Below, piece by piece: positions 47,284 through 57,195 of a stretch of DNA of 64,000 nt. The stretch is from Nitrosopumilus sp. (GTDB lineage Archaea; Thermoproteota; Nitrososphaeria; Nitrososphaerales; Nitrosopumilaceae). Each line of letters begins with the position of its first letter. The first letter of the stretch is position 1. The notes beneath the pieces are model-generated. The model did not search any database. It was not told the origin of the DNA and saw nothing but the letters and a program-made list of their open reading frames with translations. The DNA is taken from the NCBI GenBank assembly GCA_963667665.2, contig OY763927.2, positions 1,248,001-1,312,000 of the forward strand, in the 5' to 3' direction. The position numbers and the translations under genes were made by a program.

Positions 47284-48219
47284 ATGAAAATTGTTCAAAT
47301 TGGAACCGGTGGATGGGGTAAAAACCATACGAGAATTTTATCTCAATTAGGTGTACTTTCAGCTGTTTGTGATGCAGATTCTCAAAGAAGTAAAGAATAT
47401 GGAGAAAAGTATTCTGTAAATCATTATGAATCATTAGATGAGCTACTTAGTTCAGAAGAGTTTGATGGAGCATTTGTAGTAACACCTACATCAACTCACA
47501 CAGAAATTGCAACAAAATTGTTAGATGCAAAAAAACATGTTTTTGTAGAAAAACCAATGACGTACAAATCTGAAGATGGTGAAAAACTTGCCAAACTTGC
47601 AGAGAAAAATAAAGTAGTTTTAACATGTGGGTATATTGAGAGATTTAATCCTGCAGTAGATGTTGTAAAAAAATTTGTCAAGGAAAAGAAATTTGGAGAT
47701 TTGGTAATGCTAGAATTTCATCGTGAAAATAGAATGCCTCTTCATATCAAAGATGTTGGGATTATCTATGATACTTCAGTTCATGATATTGATACTGCAA
47801 ATTGGTTGTTTGATGATATGCCACATGTGGTATTTGCAAGAGCAGGTAAAATAAAACATGAACATGAAGATTTTGCAAGCATTATGCTTGGATACAAAGA
47901 TGACAAAGTTGCAATCATTTCATCAAACTGGATTACGCCAAAAAAAGTTAGAAAATTTAATGCTGTATGTACAGATGCTATAATTTCATCAGACTTTATT
48001 ACTCAAGAAATCATTGTGGAAAAAAATGATGAATCAGAAATTATTCAAAATGAAAAACAAGAACCATTATTATTAGAAATTCAAAGTTTTCTTGGAGCAA
48101 TTGAAGGTAAAAATGAACAAGTTGTAAAATCACAAGAAGCAGTTAATGTTACAAAAATTGCAGAAGCTGCACTTTTATCTAGTCAAAAAGGAATACCAAT
48201 CTATCTAGATCTAAAATGA
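47284..48219 (+). CDS. Gfo/Idh/MocA family oxidoreductase
   Basis: GTGGWG, VFVEKP, IERFNPA and DTSVHDID. Confidence 0.9.
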   Translation: MKIVQIGTGGWGKNHTRILSQLGVLSAVCDADSQRSKEYGEKYSVNHYESLDELLSSEEFDGAFVVTPTSTHTEIATKLLDAKKHVFVEKPMTYKSEDGEKLAKLAEKNKVVLTCGYIERFNPAVDVVKKFVKEKKFGDLVMLEFHRENRMPLHIKDVGIIYDTSVHDIDTANWLFDDMPHVVFARAGKIKHEHEDFASIMLGYKDDKVAIISSNWITPKKVRKFNAVCTDAIISSDFITQEIIVEKNDESEIIQNEKQEPLLLEIQSFLGAIEGKNEQVVKSQEAVNVTKIAEAALLSSQKGIPIYLDLK

Positions 48220-48485
48220 ACAAAACAATGATGGATATTTTGGCATGCCCAATAGACAAAAATCACCCTCTAGAATTATTTGAAATTAAAGAGAAAGACA
48301 ATATTGTCTCCGAAGGAGCACTATTTTGCTCAAAATGTTCCAGATTTTATCCAATTATTGAAGAGATTCCAATAATGCTTCCGGATGAATTAAGAGACAA
48401 AAAACAAGAATTAGAATTTCTAAAAACTAACAAGGACAAATTACCTGAAAAAATTATTACAAAGGCAAACCCATGGCATTTGTGA
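48216..48485 (+). CDS. trm112: Trm112 family methyltransferase activator
   Basis: MDILACPIDK, LFCSKCSRFYPIIEEIPIMLPDELR. Confidence 0.9.
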   Translation: MNKTMMDILACPIDKNHPLELFEIKEKDNIVSEGALFCSKCSRFYPIIEEIPIMLPDELRDKKQELEFLKTNKDKLPEKIITKANPWHL

Positions 48486-48489
48486 GATA

Positions 48490-48966
48490 ATGGTTACAAA
48501 TTTTATTTCTGAAAAAGCAAAAATTGGTCAGAATGTACAGATTTGGCATTTTTCATATGTTGGAGATAATGTAGAGATTGGAGACAATGTTAAGATTGGT
48601 TCTCTTGCACATATTGATTACAATGTAAAGATTGGAGAGAATACAAAGATAGAAGGTCAAGCATACATTCCACCGTTATCCATAATTGGAAAAAATGTAT
48701 TCATTGGTCCAGCAGTTGCATTAACAAATGATCCTTATCCCATGTGTGATAAAATGGTCGGTGTTACAATTAAAGACAATGCAATAATTGGTGCACGTGC
48801 AGTAATCAAAGCAGGAGTCACTATAGGAAAAAACAGTGTTGTTGGAATGGGCGCAGTTGTAACAAGAGATGTTCCTGAAAACACTGTTGTCATTGGTTCT
48901 CCAGCTACAATCAGATACACTAGAGAAGAATATGACAAGAAACAAAGAAAGTGGAAAGAGAGTTAA
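48490..48966 (+). CDS. Hexapeptide-repeat (LbH) acetyltransferase, WbpD-like
   Basis: IG.NV.I repeats, IWHF, FIGPAVALTND and VVTRDVP..GSPA. Confidence 0.85.
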   Translation: MVTNFISEKAKIGQNVQIWHFSYVGDNVEIGDNVKIGSLAHIDYNVKIGENTKIEGQAYIPPLSIIGKNVFIGPAVALTNDPYPMCDKMVGVTIKDNAIIGARAVIKAGVTIGKNSVVGMGAVVTRDVPENTVVIGSPATIRYTREEYDKKQRKWKES

Positions 48967-49193
48967 GACTTTATCTCTTTTTTAAAAATCAAGTTTTTCA
49001 ATTTAGACAGAATTAAAATCCATATTACAACTAAAATAATTGCAACTATTGCTTTAATTATAGATCCAATAAACATATCAAATTCACCAAATCCAGAAAC
49101 AGAAATTGGTCCTAATATTGTAACAACAATTCCACCGCCGACAAGTATCAAAATCCACATTGCAAACAAAAATCCAAAAAGATCAGACTTCAA
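48963..49193 (-). CDS. Small two-TM membrane protein
   Basis: Two hydrophobic helices and a basic C-terminus; coupled to the upstream gene. Confidence 0.7.
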   Translation of the reverse strand: MKSDLFGFLFAMWILILVGGGIVVTILGPISVSGFGEFDMFIGSIIKAIVAIILVVIWILILSKLKNLIFKKEIKS

Positions 49194-50182
49194 AGAGAAA
49201 CCCCCATCATAAATGCAGTAATTATAGCCAAAATTCCTGAAAATATAGCTAGTTTGAAAATTGCAAATCCAACTTGTTTTTCAGATAATGGCCCTCCTGC
49301 AAGTATCAGTCTTACCAAAGTAATAGGAGCAGTCTTGTCATCAGTTGCCCTAAGTAGGAAATCATCAGTATGATCTACTGGTTTTCCCTTGATTTGTCTA
49401 TGCTCTACTATTCGTTTTACGCTTGATAGGAACAAAAATGAGTTGATAACAGCAGGCAATAATGCAATGGCAGCTAAAATTTCTACACCACCTACAATTG
49501 CAATTGTTCCATACATTGCACCAAATGTTAATGCTCCTGAATCTCCGGGAAAAATCTTGCTTGGAACTTTATGGTATTTATAAAAAGCCAATGAAACAAA
49601 TCCTAGTGGCAAACTAACTATTGCAATTTCATAATTTTGTACAATAAACAAACATATCGACAATGAAAAACTTGCAATTACCATAAAGCCACTAGCAACT
49701 CCATTTAGAACATCAATTGAATTAATTGTATTTCCAGTAATAGGAATTATAAAAACTATCAAAGCAAGATAGAGTACTGGGATTTGTACTATTCCAAATA
49801 ACGGAAAGGCAAGATTTGAATCATATGCACCCAATGCGATAATGGGAATTGCTGCAAATGCAAGTGCAACAGGTTTGAACCAACCACCCATTACTTTTCT
49901 ATCATCAATGTATCCAATTACAAAAGCAGCAGACGTAGTAATAATTATGGCAAGAATTTCATTTAACTGTAAAAATGCATAAAGAACAATTTCTGATGCA
50001 ATGATTCCTACAATTATGGATGGTCCACCTGGTCTGACAACCATTACATCTTCTTTTTTGTTCATGTCTTTTACTGCTAGATTTCTTTTTCCTAGAAATT
50101 TGATTAAAGGAGGAGTCATTAGAAATACGACAAAAAACGCAACTATGCAAGAAGCTACTGCTGGAAGTATTAATTCAATCAA
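49190..50182 (-). CDS. UDP-GlcNAc:dolichyl-phosphate GlcNAc-1-P transferase (MraY/AglH family)
   Basis: GYIDD, NTINSIDVLNG and IFPGDSG motifs; multiple TM segments. Confidence 0.85.
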   Translation of the reverse strand: MIELILPAVASCIVAFFVVFLMTPPLIKFLGKRNLAVKDMNKKEDVMVVRPGGPSIIVGIIASEIVLYAFLQLNEILAIIITTSAAFVIGYIDDRKVMGGWFKPVALAFAAIPIIALGAYDSNLAFPLFGIVQIPVLYLALIVFIIPITGNTINSIDVLNGVASGFMVIASFSLSICLFIVQNYEIAIVSLPLGFVSLAFYKYHKVPSKIFPGDSGALTFGAMYGTIAIVGGVEILAAIALLPAVINSFLFLSSVKRIVEHRQIKGKPVDHTDDFLLRATDDKTAPITLVRLILAGGPLSEKQVGFAIFKLAIFSGILAIITAFMMGVSL

Positions 50183-52309
50183 TTATCTAACCTTTCGTAA
50201 TTCAGACTTTATGTTATCTGCAAGGGTTGAACCAATTTTATCTATTTCTGCTAATTTATTCACTGGAATTTTTGCCAAATCATCTAAATTCTTAATTCCA
50301 TGTTTGTAGAGAGTTCTGGCTCTAACCCTTCCAATTCCTTTGACTCTAACTAGTTCAAGCAATTCCTCTCGAATTCCATAAACAATTCTTTTTCTTAGAT
50401 TACCAAGTTCTTCAAGCAAATCAGCTCTTTTCACATGCTTGGAGATCTCTCTGAGGCAGTATGAAAGCCAATTTGCAGTCTCCGTCATCCTATGCATGTC
50501 TCCTGACTCAATTCCAAGGTTATCAGATAGTGACAATTCTGAAGATTCGGTAATCCAAGCCTGTAAGGCCAAAAGGCTTCTTGAGCAATCATATTCTGAA
50601 ATTTGTTCAAGCAATTCTGAAGAATTATTTTCTATCAAAAGACTGGCAGATTCATAATCCTTCTTTCGAAGTGAGAATTTTGGGAAAAATTCTTCACAGT
50701 TTGAGATCAAGTGCAAAAATCCAAATGTATGTTTTCTTTCTTGGGATACATTTTCAATAGCATCTCTAAAGTATGTTGCAGTTAAAGGATCAATATACAA
50801 CATTGATGTCTTTTTTCCAAATTCAGTAGCTGCATATCTTTCACCTTTTTTGATTATCAGATATTTGCTGGATAAAAAACGCAAAGAAATATCAATTGCA
50901 AATTTTATTGTAGGTTTTCTTGATTGTAAACCTCCTAATGTTTGTAAGAAAAATTCCAAGATCTCATCTTTTTTAATTCCAGGATGTGTAACTATAACAC
51001 TAAGTATGTGAGTTCGCAGAGATTTGTCATCAGTAATCTTTGAAATTATTGGTTCTGGTTCTCCATTAACATAATAATCAATCAAGTCCGCAGTATTTCC
51101 ATTTCCAACAATTATTGCTTCTCCATAATCATCATATTGTGGTCTTCCAGCTCTGCCACAGAGTTGTTTGTATTCTAAAATACTAATGGGTCTATTTGCC
51201 CCAACTTTTGCATTATACCGATTAACATTTGAAATTACAACTCTTCTTGCTGGAAGATTAACTCCAGCTGCTAAAGTTGGTGTGGATGACAATAACTTGA
51301 TAGTTCCTTTACGAAATTCTGTTTCTATTGTCTCTCTGCAATTTTGATTCAACCCTGCATGATGAAATGCAACTCCTTTTTTAACAAGAAATGCTAATGT
51401 CTTTATTAATTCTGTATGTTCATTTTGGGCTAGAATTTTTTTTGAGGTTTTTTCTAATTCCTTCAAATCTTTTTTTTCTAAAATTTGAGAGATGGCATCT
51501 GCTGCTTTTGTTGCAAGAGATTTTGAACGGTTTCTAGTCTCTGCAAATACTAAAGATTGACCTCCTTCTTTTACTGATTGTACGCCTAAATCAATAGGAG
51601 TTCCACGTATGCTACGCTCAACTGAAAAGGTTTTACCATCATTCATAGTAACTTCGCCTGCATCACATACTCCCTCTGTTAGAGGTACAGGTCTCCAGTC
51701 ATTTTTTACTAGCTTGCAATCAAGCCAATCTGCAATCTCATCAGAATTTGTAATAGTAGCACTAAGACCTACAATCTGAGGTTTTGTTTCTAGTAATTTT
51801 AGTTGTGTAAGAATCATCTCAAGTGTTGGACCTCGATTTTCATCTCCAATTAAATGGACTTCATCAGTAATTACTAGTCCAATTTCTTCAACCCATTCAG
51901 CACCATGCCTAATAATTGAATCCATTTTTTCATTTGTTAAAATTAAAACATTACTTTTCTCCAAATTCTTTTCAATATTTTCATAGTCTCCAGTTGATAT
52001 ACTGACTTTGACTTTATTTCCTATTGCAACTTTTTCTAATTTTTTAAATTCTGAGAATTTTTCAGCAGCCAATGCACGTAAAGGACTAAGATAAATCACC
52101 TTGCCGGTATTCTTTGAAAGATAACTAATTATTGCAAGCATTGCAATCAGGGTCTTTCCACTTGCAGTAGGAGCAGATACTAGAATACTTTTCCCATCTA
52201 GTAAGCCAGATTCAATACTATCAGCTTGTGGAGGATATAATTTTTCATAACCTTGTGATTTTAAAAATTCAATTGCAGAATCGGGAAGATCTAGTTTCTC
52301 TATTTTCAT
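50183..52309 (-). CDS. hel308: Hel308/Hjm Ski2-like DNA helicase
   Basis: LYPPQ, PTASGKT, DEVH, LSAT, FHHAGL, GVNLPAR, QLCGRAGRP and C-terminal HhH with RARTLY. Confidence 0.93.
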   Translation of the reverse strand: MKIEKLDLPDSAIEFLKSQGYEKLYPPQADSIESGLLDGKSILVSAPTASGKTLIAMLAIISYLSKNTGKVIYLSPLRALAAEKFSEFKKLEKVAIGNKVKVSISTGDYENIEKNLEKSNVLILTNEKMDSIIRHGAEWVEEIGLVITDEVHLIGDENRGPTLEMILTQLKLLETKPQIVGLSATITNSDEIADWLDCKLVKNDWRPVPLTEGVCDAGEVTMNDGKTFSVERSIRGTPIDLGVQSVKEGGQSLVFAETRNRSKSLATKAADAISQILEKKDLKELEKTSKKILAQNEHTELIKTLAFLVKKGVAFHHAGLNQNCRETIETEFRKGTIKLLSSTPTLAAGVNLPARRVVISNVNRYNAKVGANRPISILEYKQLCGRAGRPQYDDYGEAIIVGNGNTADLIDYYVNGEPEPIISKITDDKSLRTHILSVIVTHPGIKKDEILEFFLQTLGGLQSRKPTIKFAIDISLRFLSSKYLIIKKGERYAATEFGKKTSMLYIDPLTATYFRDAIENVSQERKHTFGFLHLISNCEEFFPKFSLRKKDYESASLLIENNSSELLEQISEYDCSRSLLALQAWITESSELSLSDNLGIESGDMHRMTETANWLSYCLREISKHVKRADLLEELGNLRKRIVYGIREELLELVRVKGIGRVRARTLYKHGIKNLDDLAKIPVNKLAEIDKIGSTLADNIKSELRKVR

Positions 52310-54393
52310 ACTCGGTTATAATGACCGGGTCTTGATTCATAAATAGATGCTTCTCTAAGCATTCTTCGGATATAGTTTCTTGCCTCATCTTCAGTGAATT
52401 TATCACTCTTTTCTAGTTCCCTGACAAACAACTTTTCTTCTACGGGTACCTTGTTATCACCTTCAAGGCCTCTGAGAACATCCATGAATAATTGCATCTT
52501 TGAAACCTCACTTCTTGGTTTTCCTTGTAATACTCCAAGATCTACTTTTCCAGTATTGACATCTACTCCTGCGTCCTCAAGCATACTCTGAAGCAAGAAG
52601 ATTGCACGCTCAGCATCTTCTAGTTCTACCTCGTTTTTCATGAGTAATCTTGCTCTTGCAGTAGAGAGTCTGATAATTCCCTCTAGTTGTCTTGGCGTAA
52701 CTGTAATCATCTCTTCGGATTCTACATTTCTCATCTGGAGATAGTATTCGAGGATCTTTTCTTCAGCATCTTTTGTCATTTTAGGAGTACCACGTTTTGC
52801 ATATGAGAGATATTTTGTTAGTAAATCAACATCAATTACAGAACGTTTGTCTGTTCCTTGTATAGAATGCAGTTCTATAATGTGTCTAGCAATTCTTTCA
52901 TCTTTTTCTTTACTTGGAATATCTCTTACAACAAAAATCAAGTCAAATCTTGTAAGCAATGGAATTGGCAAGTTTACATTTTCTGTAATATTTTTGAATG
53001 GATCATATTTTCCATACATTGGGTTTGCAGCAGCTAAAATTGATGTTCTAGCATTTAGTGTGGCGACAATACCACCTTTTGCAATACTGGCTGACTGTTG
53101 TTCCATGACTTCGTGTAAAGCACTTCTATCTTCTGGTTTCATCTTGTCAAATTCATCTATACATACAAGACCTTGGTCACCAAGCACTACTGCACCTGCT
53201 TCAAGCATCATGATTCCAGTTTTGTCTTTAACTATAGCAGCTGTAAGTCCTGCAGCAGTTGAACCTCTACCAGAAGTATACAAACCTCGTGGTGCAATCC
53301 TTGTACAAAACTTTAGCATCTCACTTTTTGCAGTACCAGGATCTCCAACTAGAAATACGTTAATGTCGCCTCTAATCTTGCTTCCATCACCCAATATTTT
53401 TTGATTAGCACCAACGATAAGTAACATAATAGCTTCTTTGATAACTGAATGTCCTTGAATATGAGGAGCAAATGAATCAATTAGTTTTTGATATACATCA
53501 GGACTTTTACTTAATGCTTTGATCATTTCTTCTTCTTCAGGTGAAACTTCGTCTTTTGCTATTTTACGAGACATTTTAGAACCATGCCCACCCAAAAATT
53601 CAATGTTATTTCCTTCAATTCTTAATCGGTATAATCCACTATGACCTCTCTGAACACCTGCAACAGATTCTTGTTCGATTCTTACTATACCTGTAAGAAT
53701 TATTCTGTCTCCAGGCCTTGCATTATCGACTAAATCCTGCCTAATTGTGACATCAATATAGTGAGGAAGTTGTCCTGGAGGTAGATCTTCAGGAAGTTCT
53801 TGTAATCTAAGAAGTTGAAAATCAATAAACTTGCTTGCTTCAGGTTTTATCTCAAAATCCCTGTGTTTACAAGATGGGTTATCACATACTACAGGAATTT
53901 TAACATCCATTCCTTTAAGCTGAATTACTTTGGTAGGATGATCATCTGGACAAACAAAGACTAGTTCTTTTGCAAGAGGTTTTACTTCTGATGCTCTAAC
54001 TACCATTCCTGAAACACTTGTAATTGTTCCAATAGTTTCAGCATTGATTTGTCTGAGACTTCTCTGAAGTGGATAATTTATTATTCTTACACGAACTTCA
54101 TCTTTTATTTTTTCAGCATAATCAGGAAATCTTGTTTGTAGTGCTTCTTTGATTGCTCTAGAAAACGCATCAAAGACTCTATCAGGACTTGTAGTAAATA
54201 AGATCTCAATTTCTGGTTCTACAACCAAATCATTGTAATCAACTACAATGTATTTTGCATTTTTAGGCATCATCTCATCGATTGCCTCTACATAGGTATA
54301 GTTACCAGATTTATTTTTGAATCTAGTCAGGAATTCTTTTACTCTATCTGACAATGCAGAATCTGTAAATGTACTAGTTTGAGTCTTGCTCAT
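52306..54393 (-). CDS. mcm: Replicative helicase MCM
   Basis: GDPGTAKSE, CIDEFDKM, AAANP, TRFDLIF and TPRQLE. Confidence 0.96.
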   Translation of the reverse strand: MSKTQTSTFTDSALSDRVKEFLTRFKNKSGNYTYVEAIDEMMPKNAKYIVVDYNDLVVEPEIEILFTTSPDRVFDAFSRAIKEALQTRFPDYAEKIKDEVRVRIINYPLQRSLRQINAETIGTITSVSGMVVRASEVKPLAKELVFVCPDDHPTKVIQLKGMDVKIPVVCDNPSCKHRDFEIKPEASKFIDFQLLRLQELPEDLPPGQLPHYIDVTIRQDLVDNARPGDRIILTGIVRIEQESVAGVQRGHSGLYRLRIEGNNIEFLGGHGSKMSRKIAKDEVSPEEEEMIKALSKSPDVYQKLIDSFAPHIQGHSVIKEAIMLLIVGANQKILGDGSKIRGDINVFLVGDPGTAKSEMLKFCTRIAPRGLYTSGRGSTAAGLTAAIVKDKTGIMMLEAGAVVLGDQGLVCIDEFDKMKPEDRSALHEVMEQQSASIAKGGIVATLNARTSILAAANPMYGKYDPFKNITENVNLPIPLLTRFDLIFVVRDIPSKEKDERIARHIIELHSIQGTDKRSVIDVDLLTKYLSYAKRGTPKMTKDAEEKILEYYLQMRNVESEEMITVTPRQLEGIIRLSTARARLLMKNEVELEDAERAIFLLQSMLEDAGVDVNTGKVDLGVLQGKPRSEVSKMQLFMDVLRGLEGDNKVPVEEKLFVRELEKSDKFTEDEARNYIRRMLREASIYESRPGHYNRV

Positions 54394-54904
54394 TTAGATC
54401 TCCTCTTATTTGTTTTTCAAACTCTACACTGTTATCATGGATTGTTTTATAGAATGCACTTTCTTCAACAGTTAATTTGTTGTAGAGTTCAGAATTTAGT
54501 TTGATAGAGTCTGCTATCTTTACTAGTTTACCTCTTCTCATTCTAAATAACTCTAACATCATACTTTCAACTTTATCAAAATCGTTATGATTCAATTCTT
54601 TCATAGATTCTTTTAGTTTAATGTAAAAATGAGAGTCTAGTGTAGAGATTTGATATTCTCCAACCATCTTTTCTTTTGATAATGCTTGTTTTAGTTCAGT
54701 AATCATATCTGGAGAATCAAGTGTTGTCAATTTATTATCAGATAGTATTTTTCCAATCCACTGAGGCATGTTAATTATCTCCCCTGTAGTTCCCTCGGTT
54801 TTTATTCCTGCAACATTAAATTTGAAATCGCGATTAACTGTAACCTTAGCATCCTTTAGGCGGTGTCCAACCGAATGCACTTTTTCTATTTTATCTATTT
54901 CCAT
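54374..54904 (-). CDS. GINS complex subunit (Gins23/Psf2 type)
   Basis: N-terminal B-domain with MPQW, then helical HFY...RRGKL...LTVEE; directly upstream of mcm. Confidence 0.8.
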   Translation of the reverse strand: MEIDKIEKVHSVGHRLKDAKVTVNRDFKFNVAGIKTEGTTGEIINMPQWIGKILSDNKLTTLDSPDMITELKQALSKEKMVGEYQISTLDSHFYIKLKESMKELNHNDFDKVESMMLELFRMRRGKLVKIADSIKLNSELYNKLTVEESAFYKTIHDNSVEFEKQIRGDLNEQDSN

Positions 54905-54909
54905 ATCGA

Positions 54910-55004
54910 GATCTTGATCCGCCTGAAGATCTTCAAGTCAGGATCCGTCAATTGATCTGATCAAACAGCTCAATAGAATTGATCCAAGCGATCTCAGGCT
55001 GATC
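54910..55004. promoter_or_regulatory. Dense GATC cluster (9 sites) in the gins/rfcS divergent intergenic region
   Basis: GATC at 54910, 54916, 54928, 54942, 54954, 54959, 54981, 54990 and 55001; non-coding (in-frame TGA 12 codons upstream of the gins ATG). Confidence 0.7.
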
Positions 55005-55095
55005 GCATAGAAAATACAACTAATTTTGATTTTAATTTGTAGTATGTCATAATAACCAATTCGGATTTATTAATGGGAATTGAACCTAAAGTTTT

Positions 55096-56046
55096 ATGTC
55101 TGCAACAGGAATGTGGGTAGAAAAATATCGACCAACAAAACTTTCAGAAATTGTAAACCAGACAGAAATTATTGGAAGTTTAGAAGCTCTAATCAAAGAT
55201 CCCACTGATATGCCACACTTGATGTTTTCTGGTTCTGCAGGAGTAGGCAAAACCACTACTGCATTATGTCTTTCAAGACAAATTTTAGGGGAATATGCCA
55301 AAGACCACACTCTTGAGTTAAACGCATCAGATGAACGAGGAATTGAAATGGTTAGACAAAAAGTAAAGAAATTTTCAAGATTTGCCGGAATGGTAGATGT
55401 TCCATTTAAAATTATTATTTTAGATGAAGCAGATGAAATGACCTCAGCTGCTCAAACTGCACTTAGAAGAATTATAGAAGATACCGCAAAAATTTGTAGA
55501 TTTATTTTAATTGCAAATAATATTTCAAAAATTATAGAACCTATTCAAAGCAGATGTGCAACTTTCAAGTTTACAACAGTTTCTGAAGAAGATGTCATTG
55601 CCAGACTAGAAGAGATTGCCAAAAAAGAGAAAGTAAAGACTGACAAAAAGGGTCTAAAGGAAATTTATGAATATACAGAAGGAGATTTGAGACATGCAAT
55701 TAATTTAATGCAAGCAACTGCAAGTCTTGGTGGAATCACTGAAGAGAATGTAAAGGCATCAGCTGGATTATCAAAAACCAGTGATGTTGATGAAGTCCTA
55801 AAAATTGCACTAGCCGGAAAAGTTGTCGAAGCAAGAGAGAAGATGATAGAATTAATCAAAGTTTATGGAATGTCAGAATCTGATTTCCTAAAGTATTTCA
55901 ATTCAGCTGTATTCAAATCAAAACATACCAATTTGTCAGATATTTTACAAGTAATTGCAAAGTATGATTATAGAATACTAGTTGGAGCAAATTCTGAAAT
56001 TCAGTTATCTGCAATGCTTGCAGAACTTGCAAAATTAGAAAAGTAA
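55096..56046 (+). CDS. rfcS: Replication factor C small subunit
   Basis: WVEKYRP, GSAGVGKTT, ELNASDERG, ILDEAD, QSRC and GDLRHAIN. Confidence 0.96.
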   Translation: MSATGMWVEKYRPTKLSEIVNQTEIIGSLEALIKDPTDMPHLMFSGSAGVGKTTTALCLSRQILGEYAKDHTLELNASDERGIEMVRQKVKKFSRFAGMVDVPFKIIILDEADEMTSAAQTALRRIIEDTAKICRFILIANNISKIIEPIQSRCATFKFTTVSEEDVIARLEEIAKKEKVKTDKKGLKEIYEYTEGDLRHAINLMQATASLGGITEENVKASAGLSKTSDVDEVLKIALAGKVVEAREKMIELIKVYGMSESDFLKYFNSAVFKSKHTNLSDILQVIAKYDYRILVGANSEIQLSAMLAELAKLEK

Positions 56047-56054
56047 TTCAAGAA

Positions 56055-56966
56055 TTAAGCATCTAGAGATTTTAGATTTTTACATCTGTTTCTTATAGTA
56101 ACTTCAGTTACGCCTGCAGCCAAGGCAATTGTTTTTTGGGTTGTATTCTCGCCAGTCTCCATACTTGCAATATACAAAGCAGATGCTGCCATTCCCATAG
56201 GATCTTTTCCAGATACAATTTGATGTTGTTCAGCTTTTTTGAGAAGCTTCATTGCATGACGTTTAGTTTTTTCAGATAGACCTATCTGACTTGCAATTCG
56301 TGAAATACATGAAACTGAATCAACTACCGGCATCTTCAAATCTAATTCTTTTACTACCATTCTATAACAAATAGCGAGATTTTTTCTCGTAATGTTAATT
56401 GAACTTGAAACATCATTAAGAGTTCTTGGAGTACCAGTTTCACGACAAGCAGCATAGAGTGTTGCAGCAATTAATGCAGAAATTGATCTACCCCTAACAA
56501 GTTTCTTTTCAAGAGCTTTTCTGTAAATGTAAGCTGCTTTTTCTACAATAGGATCAGATAAAGATAATTTCTCTTTCATTTTGAGTAATTCACTTAGTGC
56601 ATGTTGAAGATTTCTATCAGCAGAATCTTTAGTACGACTTCGGCTATCCCAAATACGTAATCGCTTAATTGAGGATTTCATGGATGAAGATAACGGATTT
56701 CCAGAAGAGTCTTTGTTCATTGGGCTAATTATTGTACTAAGACCTTGATCATGTCTTGTTAGTGATGTTCTATCTCCAGTTCTTGATTTGTTGGTACCAC
56801 TATCTGAGAATGTTCTTTCTGGTCCTTGATTGTCTATTCTGCCAGTAATTACAAAACCACACTTGCCACAAAACATTTCACCTGTTTCATCATCAGTAAT
56901 TATTTTGCTTTTTCCACATCTAGGACAGCCTTGTTTTTTTGATAGTTGTTGATTTTGTTGTGCCAT
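56055..56966 (-). CDS. tfb: Transcription initiation factor IIB paralog
   Basis: Zn ribbon CPRC...CGKCG, HDQGLST, ADRNL, VRGRSI, GKDPMG and GVTEVTIRNR. Confidence 0.94.
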   Translation of the reverse strand: MAQQNQQLSKKQGCPRCGKSKIITDDETGEMFCGKCGFVITGRIDNQGPERTFSDSGTNKSRTGDRTSLTRHDQGLSTIISPMNKDSSGNPLSSSMKSSIKRLRIWDSRSRTKDSADRNLQHALSELLKMKEKLSLSDPIVEKAAYIYRKALEKKLVRGRSISALIAATLYAACRETGTPRTLNDVSSSINITRKNLAICYRMVVKELDLKMPVVDSVSCISRIASQIGLSEKTKRHAMKLLKKAEQHQIVSGKDPMGMAASALYIASMETGENTTQKTIALAAGVTEVTIRNRCKNLKSLDA

Positions 56967-57038
56967 GTTATTTTATCTTAAATGTTAATGTCTAATAAAT
57001 CGTCAAATCTCTGCATTGTGATCTATGAATAATAAAAA

Positions 57039-57122
57039 CGCAGAGAGAGGGATTTGAACCCCCGTATGCTTGCGCACACAGGCTCTCAAGGCCCGCGCCC
57101 TACCGAGCTAGGCGACCTCTGC
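57039..57122 (-). tRNA. tRNA-Ser(TGA)
   Basis: GCAGAGG acceptor, CGGGC CTTGAGA GCCTG anticodon arm, long variable arm, G73 discriminator. Confidence 0.87.
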
Positions 57123-57195
57123 AAAAAATAGTGTGAAAAAGTGATTAAAATTTGTTGATGTAAAAATAAAAAATAAGAAAAAAGAAAAAGTTTCT

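Noticed and set aside
54905-55095. GATC cluster as a canonical archaeal replication origin
   Set aside because: No ORB-like boxes (TCCA...GAAA...GGGG), no adjacent cdc6/orc1, and a short intergenic region; kept as a regulatory hypothesis only
57039-57122. Reading this tRNA as Leu(GAG)
   Set aside because: Stem pairing centres the loop on TGA and the discriminator is G, consistent with Ser
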